Of a DNA stretch of 64,000 bases, positions 1 to 15,213 are shown piece by piece. The DNA is from Bugula neritina. Lineage: Eukaryota > Animalia > Bryozoa. A program made the translations under genes and the position numbers. Under the pieces are notes generated by a model. It did no database searches and was not told where the DNA came from. It was given only the letters and a program-made list of their open reading frames with translations. Within the stretch, counting starts at the first letter, position 1. Each line of letters starts with the position of its first letter. The stretch covers positions 21,266,995 through 21,330,994 of the forward strand of contig OZ037765.1 of the NCBI GenBank assembly GCA_964035545.1, written 5' to 3'.

Positions 1-3000
1 CCCTTAGCTTTGTCTTTTATTTTGAGCATTTTCTACAATATACTATAATGATCATAATACTACATTTTTATAAGTTACTCCCCCCCACATGTACAGTCCG
101 TGTTCTTTCAAAGGCAATAAAACATTGCAGAAATGATAATACTACACCGATTCCAAGAAACATGCTAAAAAGTGTTTAAATATTAAAAGAAAGTTTTATT
201 TTTCAAAAAACATTCATGTATATTTTTAGTAATTTGTGATTGAAATTTGCAATAGCTGGATACTGCTTATAGGCATTTTGTCAAAAACTTTCTTTGCAAT
301 AGTAATGTCATTTGTTTTAGGATTTTTTGCTTAAAATTTGTGTTAATTAAAGCTCAAATAAGAGAATAACAAGATATTGCATTGAATAATATGTTTTATA
401 AGCTACCCTCATGTAGGATACAACAGATCTTTTCTTTATACTTTCATGTAGACCTGTACCAGTGTACCTGTCTCTACCAACAGATGCACCAACAAAGTTG
501 TCTCACACACTCAGAATGGAGTCAGTAAGCTGTGGACTTCAAGGTGTATGTCGGTACTTTGTGATATCATGAAATACAAAGGAAAAAAGTGTAATTTTCT
601 TATTTCTTCTCAGTAGATCAATATAATATACATGTATATGTGTGTCTATACTTAGACATTCAGGTTTATACATTAAAGAGTCTAGAAAACTGATGGTAGC
701 AGGAGTTTGCAAAGTATGATTAAATAAAGAAACCACCTGGTATACTAAAACTTGGACCTTGATAACAGCTTTTAGTTTCTTTTACCGGATGCTTCTAACC
801 CTTTGATCTGTTAGAATTTGAGAAATGCACCCCTTCATTTGATGTAACAAGTTATAGATACAATCGCAATATTACAGCTTAGCTCAGACCCCTATATCAT
901 TTCCATTCTTGTTCTGATAATTTATTCTGCATAATATATTGTATCTTGAGGTTAATTATTAAAGTTTTAAATTATTTACTTAATTTATAACGAGTTTGTT
1001 ATAATTAACACGGCCTGTAAAGAAATTACCATTGTTCAGGAGGCACAAGATAGACTATAAGTTGCCCATTTGTGGCAGATTATCAACTATCTTTGAATCA
1101 CTTAAGGCTTCAAGTTTGTATTCATTATAATTGTTACAGGGTTTTATTAATTGATGGATTAACAAGATTTGGATCTGCTCATGGTGTTAAATTACATCCC
1201 AATAATGTATTGTTATTGTTTAGAGGCACCCTTACACAAATGTCAGAGTATGATTACTAATTGGGTTAACTACGTGCATTCCAGCGTCTTATGTTCATCA
1301 AAGTTATGTATACAATTTGTTTATAGATTATTTGTTAATAAATACCAATACTCTATGTGGTTCCCCACTGCAGATCTGCTTACTGTGGGTATGTCTTTGT
1401 AATTGTGAGCAAAAAGCATTGAGAATAAATTATGTTTTAAAAATAACTGACCAAAATTCGGCCACCCCAAAGTTGGGAATGTGATTTTATTACACTTGCT
1501 TGAGTAGGCAGATTAGCACTTCAAAGTTTTGTTTCTCATCGTATTGGCTTTTGATTATGACATCCCGCCATGGGATCTAAAAGGGACGTTGCTATGAAAT
1601 CTGTGTGATTTGATTGTGTTTTCTTTGCTCTCACAGTCATGGCCAAGTGAAGATTAGCCGTTAGCACTTACAAATCAACCTAATTTTAGTAGTTGAGCAA
1701 AGAAGTACTTGATTAGTACCACGTATTCTTATTGGATATCCGATAAGTTCTACCTTTGTTCCCTCGCTAAGTAAAGAGTTTTTAGCATTAGATAACTTTT
1801 GTTATCTCTATCCAGCATCTAGGCCCGTCAATTGTCTAATACACTTAATAATCTTAGAATGCTGACAACATAATAGGGCTAGATTTAGTTTTCACATATA
1901 TTTTAGACTATTGTCAATATTTGGAACTGTATATTAGATTATGAAGTATTGCACTTTGTCTGCCACACTGGATGGGTAACATATACTTGAGTCTAATCCA
2001 ATAAAACTAACTGGATTTTTGGCTATCCAGGCCTGTCTACCCAGTGTTCAGCTTTGCCAATTGGAACTATGCCGTTCAGATTTATTTTTGCATCGCCTGT
2101 CTATATCTGATTCAAAAACACCCTTATAATACTACTCTATGACCTGGGCACTCACACTCACCCACTAGAAGTAGTATTTTGATTCAATTAAGAACCCATG
2201 GATCCACAAGTCATGCATAGACTGATTTCGATAACACATTGCTATATTTGGTGTTCTACACATTTCTGGGTATGCTTATGCTAGTGTAACTGCAATCTCT
2301 CATGGTATCTTCATATCATCTTTAATTGTCGGGCGACTTTAAAATAGAAAGGCACAAAAGATCATCTGTCAGCTAAACTTTGTCCTTAAAACAAATTTAA
2401 ATTAGGAAGCTAAAGTGTCTGGCAATATTTTACAGTGATAGATCATAGGGTAGCTTATGGAATGGTAATCCTCAGAGCGGATATATACGATTGTATAATT
2501 AATGAGTTGCATTGCTTGTTTATTAACGAGCTGATGTATTATTAATGATATGGTAGCACCTTCGTTTCGTTAATCCACCCACTGGTAATTACAATTGAAA
2601 TTGGTTTCCATCTCCGTAAAATAGGATTTAAACTTGCAGATCAATTATCTAAACGTGATGCTTCAACCAGTCCACAGCATGATATTCAAAACAGTTGTTA
2701 CCAGGCTGTTTAAAGAAACTTTTATGGGTAATTTCATTAGAGGCTATATAACATATACCCTGCTGCATTTCTTATGGGTGTAATCATGTCATCATGAGTT
2801 CTTGAAATCATCAAAATGCATTTAGGCATGCATGAGCTATTTGTTCTAAGCTTTGCACATCAAAACTTAGCAAAGGCAACTTAAGGCTTTTTTCTATAAT
2901 TACATTGAAAGAATTCAGGAACCGAAACCTTACCAACGATGATTCATTGCATATGACTAAAGGGGTAGTACTTTATAAAAACTAATTTTTATTGCAAAAA

Positions 3001-6000
3001 GTAAGCTCGTTAAGGAATATTTATATGATGGCTAATTAGAGTGTCTGGTTTTATAGGTGAAGGTATTATCAACCAATCAATCAATGATATGCATGGGAAC
3101 TCTGTGCGATATTCAGCCATACTGGATATTATATGGAAGATGCAGTGATGTTTCACCTCGGTAACCTTAGATAATCTAGCAATTGCTACATCTCCATCTG
3201 CTCCGTTTCGTGACCAAAATGAAATTATTGCGGTTACCACTGTTGATGATTTCCAGTTGTCACCATTGGACATAAATCACAGATTTGAGGAAGTTGAGCT
3301 TTGTAGAAGCTTGGAATGGGTTTATTGCAATGTCTAATATTTATTTTTACTTTAACTCAGCAAAAAATAAATGAACTTTGCAATGGTGTTCGATATTTAT
3401 GGCACTTCTTAAATATTTATTAATTACATTTAGTGCTTTCTTACCTACTGTCACCCCCCCTCCCCACAGCCCTATACCTGCATTTACAGTAATATCATAA
3501 TGTATTTATAGCAATATTATTATAGCTATTACTCAAGCAATACCGGGATACTATAATACAAAGTGACTTGAGTTAGCAGAGACAGCTATTTTAGTTGATT
3601 GAGACAGCATTGTAGAGATGATCTGAGTAGTCTATACAGTAATCCTTGCAGGCTACACTTGATATAAACTAATCTGATTGCACTAAATTAGTGAATATAC
3701 ATTCTAGGCCTACTTTCCTAAATATATGCCATATGTTAGCATAGAAGATTATAGTCCAACTGGAGCCATTTGGATCAAATAAGCTATCATAGTTTACTTT
3801 TTGCATGTCAGAATAGAATTATTGATATAAGAGTGAAATCTGCAGCCAATAATCGCATTACAAAAATTCCTAGGCATAGTTTTAATCAAATAATATAATA
3901 AGGTGCTTCTGCCCCACACATGTAATAAATATTGTATTTTATCAGTATTGTGTAACTGCAGCATAATGTACTTTAGATGGTTTAGCTAACCTCAAATTTG
4001 ATTTTCTCACAAGATAAGGAAAATTCATAGAAGGCATTCAGTTAGCTTTGAATAGCTTTAGAAAAAGCAGCATTACTGCAGAAGTTGCACCCTCAATCTT
4101 GATTTTAAAATGTGAAGAGTATTGGTTGGTTATAGGATAAGGAATGGAGATAAGAGTGTCATATTTGCCAAACATGTAAGAGCTCTAATGTAGGGCTTGA
4201 AGATGCAATTATTTGTGTTGGCAAGGGATAGGTAATGCTCAGCCTCTCATCCGAAGGCATCGACTACTGTTATATGACTCAGGTCATGAGATCACTGTGA
4301 TCTATTATTTTGATGAGGAAATAGTATATCCTTGACAGGATGCTGTATTTGATGGCCTGCTGCAATAGTTTTCCTGTAGTCCAGTCAGATATACTGCACA
4401 CTCAATATATTTCATTGTGTTATTCTGACCAGCAAATTATGTCAACTATTTTAAGCATCGGCACTTTGGCTGTGATATACAGGTTCCATACATCATTGAG
4501 TATTTAGAGGCAAGATTAAACTGATCTACCCCTTTAAATTTAGAAACAGGGTTTAGTTTATACGAAATTTTCTACTACATTTAGCTTAGTGAGCAAATAT
4601 ATTACTTCTAATTTTCAATATCACCAGACAATGACTGGCGGCTGTACAAGAGTTTTCAAATTTACTAGATTTAAGGAGATGGGAAAATAATTTGATTTTA
4701 ATAGCAAAAATGTTTTGGTGGCTGTTGATTTACCTGATAAAAATGAAAACATCCAACTATGTGTGAGTATAGGTTTAAGTTAGAGTCTAGGTTGGTGAGA
4801 GTTGCTACTTTTGCATTAGCGGAGTTCTTGCTTCTTGCAGTACTATTCGTACCATGACTAAGGTCATGAAAAAATCTGATAAGCATTTTTCAGTTTGTCT
4901 AGCGTTTTATCAATTTGCGTTATCTACTCTTTATTTGTATGAAACATGTACATTTGTGTGGTGAATGGTTTAGTGACATATTAAACATAATAATTATCAC
5001 TGAAATATCACTGCCTTCCCAGTAGTACGGTCCTGGTAATGCACTACTATAATTAATCAATACTGATTAAGGGTATAAACCCAACTGGATTACTATATTA
5101 GCAGGGAAACAACACAGGTGAATGATGTAATTAAAATGTTATTTGCTCTGGTCTCCAGCCTCTCCATTAGCGGCTCAGGTGTGCATGAACTGTGGGTATT
5201 CAAGTAGTGATCTACTGCGATGTTAACCCCCTGTTCTATGCAGGACATGCGCTGGTGCATTTAAATAGTGTTACATGGGCTGGTGCATTGCCTATATGTC
5301 TGGAGGTATTTTTAGAAACATTATATCCTAATGTATCTAAGGAATTCATTAATCTTTAGAGCTTTAGGATACATAATTCATCGGCTCTATATTAGGCATG
5401 TTATATTAACTATAAAGTGACAGATAGGTGTATAAGCGGAGAAGTCACATGATTGATGTCCTTTCTCTGTTGTTATGCCAACTCTCCTGCGAGCTGTAAC
5501 CCTAGCGATGTGATTGACACAACTAGAGCTGTATTGTAATAACATGGCTCTACTTTCAGCAGGATGCATGGCTGCAGCAGCCAATCGAGACTATATTTAG
5601 CTACATTCAGGGCTTTCTATTTATGTACAGTCACTGATAATGTTATGCATGGAAGGACTGTTAATTTGGAGCTGATTAATGTGGTGTAATTTCGTGTCTA
5701 TTGTGGTTTCCCTTATGCCCTTCCTATCTAACTATAGCAATTATTTGGATTATCCTGTTTTCAAATACAATCTGTCACTTGAGAGATAATTAATGACCTC
5801 ACTAGAAAGTTGACACTTTGCCATTGTCTGAATTTTTTTGAATAATTATTATAATTTAATCAGTGAATAATGTAAATAATAATTTAATCCCTTGTGACAT
5901 TTTAAAATAAATTCTGCATAAATTTAAAAGGTTGTTAGATGAATTGCCAGGTGAAAATATCTAGAGGCTGCGCATTATTATTAGTGGAAAACTGCACTGT

Positions 6001-7028
6001 TGAAGCATATAGTGTCCAACTGAGTTACAGCCAAGCCTACTATTAGAAAAGATTATCAATGGTATACAGAGAAAGGATTTATTAAAATCAATATAGCTAA
6101 GCCCTGCTGTCGGCATATTTAGTCTACTAAAACTGATTTAATATACCGCTTGTTAAATCGTATATGGCATTATAAGTTCACTACTTCATTCATTTGTGTT
6201 TTGTCTACTAAGTAGGCATAATTCTAATTCTTATGGTCCTGGGCTCTTTCGTGCTAGATTCAAAGATCAAATGCTGGATAGTTAGATATTTTATAATCAG
6301 GTTATTATAATCAGCAGAATAACTCTTGATGGGTATAGATCGTTCTTTGAAGATATTATGCCATTTAATAGACTGAATTGAATCTCTAATTAGATGAGGA
6401 ATAAGACACACTGCAGCTAAGTCAAAATTTATATTTTGTAGAGGGAAATTAGAGGATTTTTCTTCTAGGCGCAGGTGGTTTATCTATAATCAGGAATAAC
6501 CTTTGATAACACATGTACACGTAGATAACAAGGCAAGATAGCAGAGTATATAATGTAGTGATATATAGTTATATATCGAATGCAGTACATATATACATTA
6601 ACTGCATATATTATACAGCTTATTAGGAGGGAACATGCCTTAAAGACAGCTCAGACACTGCTATTATACCTGGACAATACAGTAGCTTAATCCATGGCAC
6701 TATAGCATGAAATGCATCCCTGCTAAACAGAATTTATGCAAGCCCTTGAGGCATCTTCTCTATAATGAATTTGAATGTAATGGTTAGTTTAACTTTGTTG
6801 ATAGACCATTCTCCGGGGAGAATATCTATGAATAGGGTAATAATCTCAATCCGCTTCATTTGTATTCCAACTCTTTTTATCTCTGCCAACCTATTCAATA
6901 AAATATGAGGAGATCAGCAGTCAATAATTTATTTCCAAACACTCTGCATATTATAGATTTTGTATATATATACATATTTATTTTGTATATAGTATACATA
7001 TTTATTTGTGTTATGTGCTATGGCCTAC

Positions 7029-7390
7029 GTGTGTGTTAAATGTTGTGTCAAGTGCTGTGTGTGTTCAGAGTTGTGTGTCGAGTGTTGTGTGTTGTGTACT
7101 GTGTGTGTTCAGAGTTGTGTGTCGAGTATTGTGTGTTGTGTACTGTGTGTGCTAAGTGTATACTGTGTTGTGTACTGTGTTGTGTACTGTGTTGTGTACT
7201 GTGTTGTGTACTGCGTTGTGTACTGCGTTGTATACTGCGTTGTGTACTGCGTTGTGTACTGTGTTGTGTACTGTGTTGTGTACTGTGTGTGCTAAGTGTA
7301 AACTGTGTTGTGTACTGTGTTGTGTACTGTGTTGTGTACTGTGTTGTGTACTGTGTTGTGTACTGTGTTGTGTACTGTGTTGTGTGTGTG
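7029..7390. repeat. Minisatellite, 12-bp unit (TGTGTTGTGTAC)n with TGCG variants
   Basis: Tandem TGTGTTGTGTAC units are directly visible at ~7164-7383, with degenerate longer units from ~7029. They explain the low-complexity ORFs in all frames. Confidence 0.95.
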
Positions 7391-8837
7391 TTATTATACA
7401 TAAGATGGTTTTATTCAGCAGATAAAATGTATTTAGATTTTAAAGAATGTATAAATACAGATCAACATCAAAATCTTTTATTCATTTTTAAGCAAAGATT
7501 TGAATAGAAGCCTTAGCCAGGCTTTGAATGCACGTGAATAGCCACATGCGCTTTAAAAGGTATTTAGTATTAATCTAGACGATTAAAGTGAACTTTTCTG
7601 GAGTTATAACTCTCACATTCCATCTAGTCTAGGCAGAGAGGAATAGTTAATTGCAGGACTCCGTTTCATATCCCAAGAGCTTATATTCCATTATTTATAA
7701 CCTTGTAGACGGAGGGAACCCAGAATAAACAATATTTAAATAAATATTTTATGCAATGGGGCCCGTCTTTCCTGCTTATACTTTAAAGCTTGTAGAAGGT
7801 AATCTTGCACCTTCTTTTCTTGACCATGTAACACTACCATAATAATATGCACAATACATTAAACCTTTGTATAGTGAAGACAGTTGTTGTATTATGTTAT
7901 CAAATAGCAATAGATTGTGCATATCAAGTTGATACTATTCTTCTCAGCAAGTTTGAGTGACACTCTTCCACTTTTTAGGCACTCTTTTTTGATGCTACTA
8001 CATTTTCCTACTCACTAATCAAGTGCATGCTCTAGGTATGTTGACCTTTTGAGATAAATTTTGTTCTACGTTATGCTTTAGGTTTGAAGGACAAATTCTT
8101 TCTTCCTAATGTTAATGTGTGTGTATATAAAAGTAGGTTGGGCTGCAATAAACTGCTGCGTTAATACAATCCTCCGCCATGAATGATGTGATGTATATTT
8201 TAGTAGAGGCAATGTTTGACCTTATACTGGTAATCTAGCCTGGCAAGTATTATCTTTAGAATTCGTGTAGATTATAGCAATATTTAATGTATTGTTTGAA
8301 CAGTGATAACGCTGAATATCCTAGCCTTTCTATGAGAACCCTTAATACCGGTTGTAAAAGCTCTTAAAATATTCATTAGCTAAGTTGACAGGTTGTCAAC
8401 TTTATTCCTTTGAATAAAAGATAAAGGGATTAAAATTTGGCTAATCTAAATGGTTTTATTCAAGAGCAAACATCGTATGTTGCAAATAATATGGGTCTTT
8501 TGTTTAGCCGAAGCTAAATTGAATTTGCACAGTCATTGGCTGAATAGGGAAAACCGCAGTAAGCCTTTACGATCAACAACGAATGTTCTATTAATATAGA
8601 GGATTAGCGTTGAGTTGAATAAAGTTCACTACAATTATAACGGGAGTGAAGTTAATACTAACCCTTCATTGGTCAGTCCGCCCATGTGTATTGAACTGCG
8701 AGGTCGCGTTTAAGAGCTAAGCTACAGATAAAGCATATAGATTATTGCTAGTAGGTGGTGGTGCATTGGATTGTGTCATTACCTATTTTATTACTCTTTA
8801 TGGTTTTGATCGGCCTGCTTGCATTCAGAGAGATACT

Positions 8838-11800
8838 ATGAGTACTTCCTTAAATGGCGATGGTGAGTTTTTATTACTTCTAGTTTATCGGATTAAATAT
8901 ATCAGCTAAAAGCAGAAATTAACCATAAACTGTGATGCTTATTATACATTTGCTTTAGTAACTATGTTTATGAATAAATTGCCCATGGTAAATAATGGCA
9001 ATTTTACATCTTTTGGACTAACATTCAAAAACATTTGTATAAATTCTAGGATGCAATAAAATTGTAAAAACAATACAATCCATTATTATTTTGTGGTATT
9101 TTGTTTAATCTGTTAGCCAAGGGTTACTGTGCCTAATTTAAGATGTCAACCTGGTGCATCTTCATACTTTTATTATATTTAATATTTAATATTTAGTAAT
9201 ACTAATAGTAATAGTGATAGTAATAGTAGATTGTGAAGTGTGGTTGAATTTTATAGTTTACCTTTTTTACATTTTTACCTGTTCAGGCTAGACTAATTTC
9301 TTCAACTAAACAGATAAAATTTATAAGGATGCTTTTAAATTTGGTACAGTTCAACACTATAAATATCCTGTAAATAATCTGTTTCTTATTGATATTTCAT
9401 TATATTTTATATTGCATTTATAGTTATAGCTGAACTTCTCCATGTAGTCAATTTGTCGATTACTAGAACCATAGCTTCAAAATTAGGTGCATCCATTATT
9501 CAGTAACTATGCAATCTTATTCGGTATGAATATGTACTTAAATAGATAGTAGCTGTGGGTTAGTAAAAAGTTATTTTGAAAAAATAGGACTGTACTATAT
9601 AATATGTTAGTTTAAACACAGCTGTACTCACTCAAATAGATTGTGTTTATTAAGCCCATTTCATAACCTGGTTCTTTTTATCGTAAATTATAGTATTTCT
9701 TAGTTTATTGCTTATACTGTTTGAAATCATAACCTTCACTTCTCTACATTGTAATTAACTTTGCTATGTGGATGTTGTGAGATTTCATGACAATTGGATC
9801 AGCATATTGAACAGCCTACATCTGTACACTCGTATGAATATTTGCTCAAAAGTAAAAGCATAAAATTTGGCATTACAAAAGTAGCCAGCTGAATTTTAGG
9901 CTAGACTGTAAGATTTGAGCAAAAAGCTTTCTATAAACTTGTAAGGGGTTTTGAAGTAGGACAGAGCTCCTACCCTCCTCCAAGAATGAGCAAATTCTAA
10001 TTTCCCTTCTAAAATTTTCAAATCATAATTTATTTTACAGTGAAATCAATACCAATCAGATGCGTTATAGAGGAGAAATTGGACCATCAATCATGTTTGG
10101 TTAGCAGTGGTGTTCCAGTCAAACCAGAATCCTTTGCCATTGTACCTTCTAATACCTTATTTAAAGATGTGGTAAAGACAGTTTTGTTAAAACTTGGCTA
10201 CTCAACAAACGAAGCTCTTTCTGCCAAAGGTAAATTCTTTTCAAGTATGTAAATGAGCAATAGATTATTTTATCTGCTCTATCCTGTGTGAGCTACTTTA
10301 ATGTACACGTCTAAAAATAACTAATAGTCATGCTTTATGAAAACCCATTACCCTTTGAAGATGTCATTTTGGCAAAGTTCTTGTCTCTTGATGTAACTAG
10401 TTTTATAGTTTTATAAGTACACCATACATGTATGCTTCATAGCTTAACTCTGTGAAAGCTTTAAAATTAGAAAAGCAGATGGCCGTTTGACTAAATAATG
10501 TAAGATAATTACTGGAGGTTTAACACCTAATACCTAACTAATAATAATTATACACTAATAATATTGCCATTGTAAGAAGGACAAAGTTGACAAAGGAGTG
10601 CATTCATTCACTCGGCAGTGATAATGTAGTGTAGTAATCCAGTAAAAGGCTAATCTACTAGTTAAAATGCTTCACATTCACAACTTCATATGATTAGATG
10701 CTTACATAGCCAACTGGCTTTGCTTGGACAAAGGCAACCCTTTGGAGTACTCAACTTTTAAGCATATTATATATTATTAACCATGATTAGTGTGTGCTTG
10801 TCACATAATTCATAGGCCACACAGTGTGCTATTTTGATTTAAAACAAGATTAGTAGTTATTATGGATGCACTTTAAATACCCCAGGTTTCAGACATCTTT
10901 TTTTCTCCTTCCTCGTAAGACTAGAATAATACATACATGCTATAGTTTATTAAAGCTTTATATCAATTTACAATTTATAATATTCTATCATCTTGTTATA
11001 TTATGATGAGGAAATAACATGCTGATTCTTACAGCACCAGATTTGGTAGTGTAGCAGGTTCATACGCTTGCTTATGGATGCGAAACTTTTATAATATTGA
11101 CTTTAATTTTTTCTAATTTAGAAATAAATAAATTGAGCTTTTGACTAGAATAATAGTTTAAGTTTTTAGTGCAGACCTTGGAATATCAGGATTATGCAAT
11201 GAATGTGAATACTTGTACATGAATGCCAGTCATAGGCATAAACTAGCAGCACAGCTGAATGTAAAGTGATTGATGTTTGATAATGAACTCCGAGTGGCTA
11301 AAGGCTAACTGAGATTACTAGGAAAATTGAATTTTATCAAACGGGCTGGTGTGAGCATTAGAATAAAGAAACTGATTATACTGCAATGATGAGATTGCCT
11401 GGCTTAATAAAGAACAAAATCCATATATCTCTAGCTTAACTAATCAATTACAGGCTAACTAGCCATCGAGCTGCTCAGCTCCTTTCGAATGTTGATATTT
11501 ACTGCTGGTGGAAGGGAAGGGGATATGCTAGCTATGTTTACTACAGCTAGAAAAATTGATGAAGGAAATCAATTCATCACTCTTTAATCTCTGCCTGGAT
11601 TAGTGATCCGCCATTAGTGTGTAGTGTTTTGCATTGCCCCTGTGTGACACATCCTTACATTTATATTTCATTTAAATTCCTCCTTTGATTGGTTTTAGGC
11701 GAGGTACAGATAAAAAAATGGAAGCCTTTAGACTTAAATTCAGTCTCGGAAAATGAACAAGCCAGCGTGGAGGACATGCTAGGAGACTTGGCTAATATAG

Positions 11801-13837
11801 CCACATTAAGAATAAAAATTAGGTAATTCTACTCATCATGCGCGATACACTCATCCTTGTGGAATAATGCTTTGATCCTGCATAGTTATTTAAGTACCGT
11901 GTCAGGTAGATAGACAGAGCAACTGTTTTTTGAGATGTTCGTTGCTTGCAGTTATGTCTATTTCATTGATGGGCTGACCTGGTCATGTCTGATGCCTTGG
12001 CTTACCTATTGTAAGAACAACTATATTATACTAATCATTACCTATCTATTTATAACAGACCTAGGTCAGATGATGTGAAAGACAAGCTGCTATTAATGCT
12101 TCTACGACAGCCATATGATGCTCTTGCAAGCAAAGGATTTCCTATATCTAAGGTAGCTGCAGCTATAACAGGCACAATAATGTCAGACTTACACCTAATG
12201 CAATGCTAATCTTGAGCATAAATCTTTTTATACTATTGTATCATAGAATTTTTATGTATAATCAAAATTACAGTCTGTTTTGTCTACATGCAGCAGTTCT
12301 GACCGACTGGTGGTGATTTTTCTACTGAAATCTGGTTACTAATCTGCATATTCAAAAGTAGTATTGAACTGATCTAGGTTATTATGCAAATCTGCCAACG
12401 ATATAAATTTCTTTTTGGGTTTTGTCAGTACTTAAATGGCACCAAATATCATTTATATTAGCATCTTGAGGGCAAGCTGTAATCCATGTCATTTGCATTG
12501 TGGAGCGTTGGCTCCACAGTGACCCATTCAATTTTAAACGGAAATGCAAGTAGACATGTCTAATCTCTGTGTTGTAGGATATTGTGGAAGGAATTGTGAC
12601 AGGCCAAGACAATCTTTCAGAGAAACTTCTAAAAGAGTTTTATCTGTGGTACAACAAGCATATCAACTCTCCAGAAGAGGATCTAGGGGAACAGCGGTCT
12701 GCATCAGCCAGCAAAACTGCAGGTTCAAATAAAAGTAGACTTCGTGTATCTTTTAACCATGCAGAGGCAGCTAAGCTACAAGAATGGTTTGAGATTGATG
12801 CTCAACCATCTAAACAAACTATGAACAAATATTTAGCAGAATTGAATGAAGCACCACCAAGAGGCAATGGACTCAAGCTCGATCTCACGAACATTATGTA
12901 TTGGTTCAAAAATGCCAGGGCAGCTGTGCGTCGTAATGGGCGTTCAACAACCAGTGAAGACCTATCTGAAGATGAAGGCCACATTGAAAAAGAAATAGCT
13001 ACTGTACCTCCTCTACCAAATAGCAATGCTGTTTATGTTATCAAGAACCCTATTGTAGGTGAAGATAGCGATGACAAAAAGGGGGAACCACAGACCACCA
13101 AAGGAGTTGCCGAGGAAAGTGATATGGAAGAAGAACTGAGTGTAACGGATGATGAGAGTGAGATGAATGACAAAGACGCCTCCAACGAGTTGACCGGGAG
13201 CTATGATGTTAAAACAGATAATAAAAAAGATGAAGATGATCAACTAGAATCCCAAATTCGAGTCCCTTCCGCCACATCTAGTCCACAAATGCACTCCAAC
13301 TTTGTACCAAATGTTGCTCCACGTATTCCTGGGTATCCCTTTACTTATGGCGCATTTCCGATGGCATACCTCCAATCTACAGCCATGCAGAACTCATTTT
13401 ATAAAGAATGGAATGAGAAAATGCAATCTGCAGCAGCAGTAGTACAAGCTCAACAAGTTAATTCTGTGCAACAAAATTTAGCTCTGTTAAAAGCCGATTC
13501 TTTGAAAGTTGATTGCGAGCTAAGCAAAGCAGAGCGGCAAAAGCGTCATCGTGCTTTTATTGACCCTGTTAGTGAAATTCCAAAATTAGAACAATGGTTT
13601 GAAAAGGAAACACATCCTTCTCACTACGTTATTGAGCAAATCTGTGATGATTTAAATCGTGGTGAGTTTAGGTCTAGGTACCCTAAACTTAGTCCAAAAA
13701 ATATTCAACTATGGTTCAAGAATCACAGAGCAAAAGTAAAACGTATGCGGGTTGGTGGTTCCGGAATAAACTATAATGATCTAGACTCCTCTCAAATTAA
13801 GATGAGCCCGCCTCATCTAGCAGTGCAAATGATGTAA
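8838..13837 (+). CDS. dve: Defective proventriculus / Compass (SATB-related) homeobox protein, ~563 aa; exons 8838-8862, 10041-10229, 11699-11822, 12059-12152, 12578-13837
   Basis: GT-AG exons join in phase (25+189+124+94+1260=1692 nt). N-terminal CMP/ULD-like domain (KSIPIRCVIE...FAIVPSNTLFKDVVKTVLLKLGYS...AKGEVQIKKWKPL...VEDMLGDLANIATLRI), then DVKDKLLLMLL. Two atypical homeodomains follow (RLRVSF...KLQEWF...YWFKNARA; RHRAFIDPVSEIPKLEQWF...LWFKNHRAK). The 25-nt first exon is the least certain part. Confidence 0.88.
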
Positions 13838-15213
13838 TTTAAAATGACATTGATGTATATTTTAGTATTAATACTAATCATGCTACGTAGTAATTAATTA
13901 GTCATAGTATTCTTAGTAATTAAAACTTTAATACCAAAAATTCAATCAGTCCATTCCTCATTCAATCATATATTCATGTAAAATGGAAAATATATTTTTT
14001 TAGTAACCATGACATTGGGAATAGATAATCAGTTCCCAGTTGCTATTTTTTAGTCTGTAAATAGATAGAAGTATGCACTAACTGGTTTCCATTTCTCATT
14101 ATGTCTGGTAGAATGCAATTACCAGTAGTGCAATAATATAAAATAGACTGCTAGAGCTTATATTTTCTGTATAACTGTTTTGAAGTTGCTTACAAAATTT
14201 CATAACTAAGTATTGGTTATTGTGTTTCCAGGTATATATTGAACAATCAAATTTTTGAAAGTTAAAAGTTGTTTTGTTTGTTTAGTTTATTCATGCTGAT
14301 GTTTGTTGTAGCTCTATGTTGATGGAAAAAATATATTTGTTAATTTTGAACCTACAGTATATAAAATATTGCCACGTCATGGCGCATATCTTAAGTAAAA
14401 ATCAAAGTTATTTGATTGCACAGGTTAAAGCTCAGACACAGAAACACTTTTTAAACCTAAAGGAAGTATTAGATCAATCAATTGTCCGGATCTGTCATGC
14501 CATCTAGCTTTTTTAATACTTGCCTCTATTTTTCCAGACAGGACTAAGACTTCATTACTAAATTTGGAGGCGTATTTCAATTTAGATATAATGATTGAAC
14601 ATGAATTGGAGGTTTTTCTAGAGGCATGGACAAACCGTTTTACATAGATACTGTCATGGCTAATATAGAATAACAACACTGCTTTTCTGTCAGATGAATA
14701 AACAAAATCCATTTCCTTGCAAATTCATGACTTGGGTTCATAAATTTTTTCTGGCACTTAATATGGTAGCACAACTCTCAATGAATGACTTATATTTTTC
14801 TAAAGACAATGAAAACTTGTACAAATAAATGTTTTTGTGCATTTGAAACGTATGTACACAGAGAGGCACCACAAGCATTTGTCTATAAAAAATATCACTT
14901 TCACTCCCAACTGTACATTTTATATAAAAATATGACTTATAGTGAAATTTATATCATGGAACTTACAACTAATGCTTATAATAAGGTTATGACAATCAAA
15001 ATACTCTTTATTGTTTATTAGCAATAACTGTGGACAAACATACACCTAACATTATATACATCTATATATAATGTGCAAGAACAAACAACTCCATAATGTT
15101 ACACTAATCATGTACAGGAAATTTATGTTGAATAGGCTAATATACAGTTTATCCTTTGGTATGGCAATATTTGAAGTACACATTATATATAAAAAATTAG
15201 TAATATATACACT

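Noticed and set aside
7008-7507. Cys/Val-rich and Thr/Gln-rich ORFs in several frames
   Set aside because: Translations of the 12-bp minisatellite; open on both strands because the unit lacks stops.
8838-13837. Functional cluster of dve (a mitochondrial UPR regulator in nematodes) with HSP70
   Set aside because: The HSP70s are cytosolic type and separated from dve by two housekeeping genes; nothing in the sequence supports more than chance linkage.
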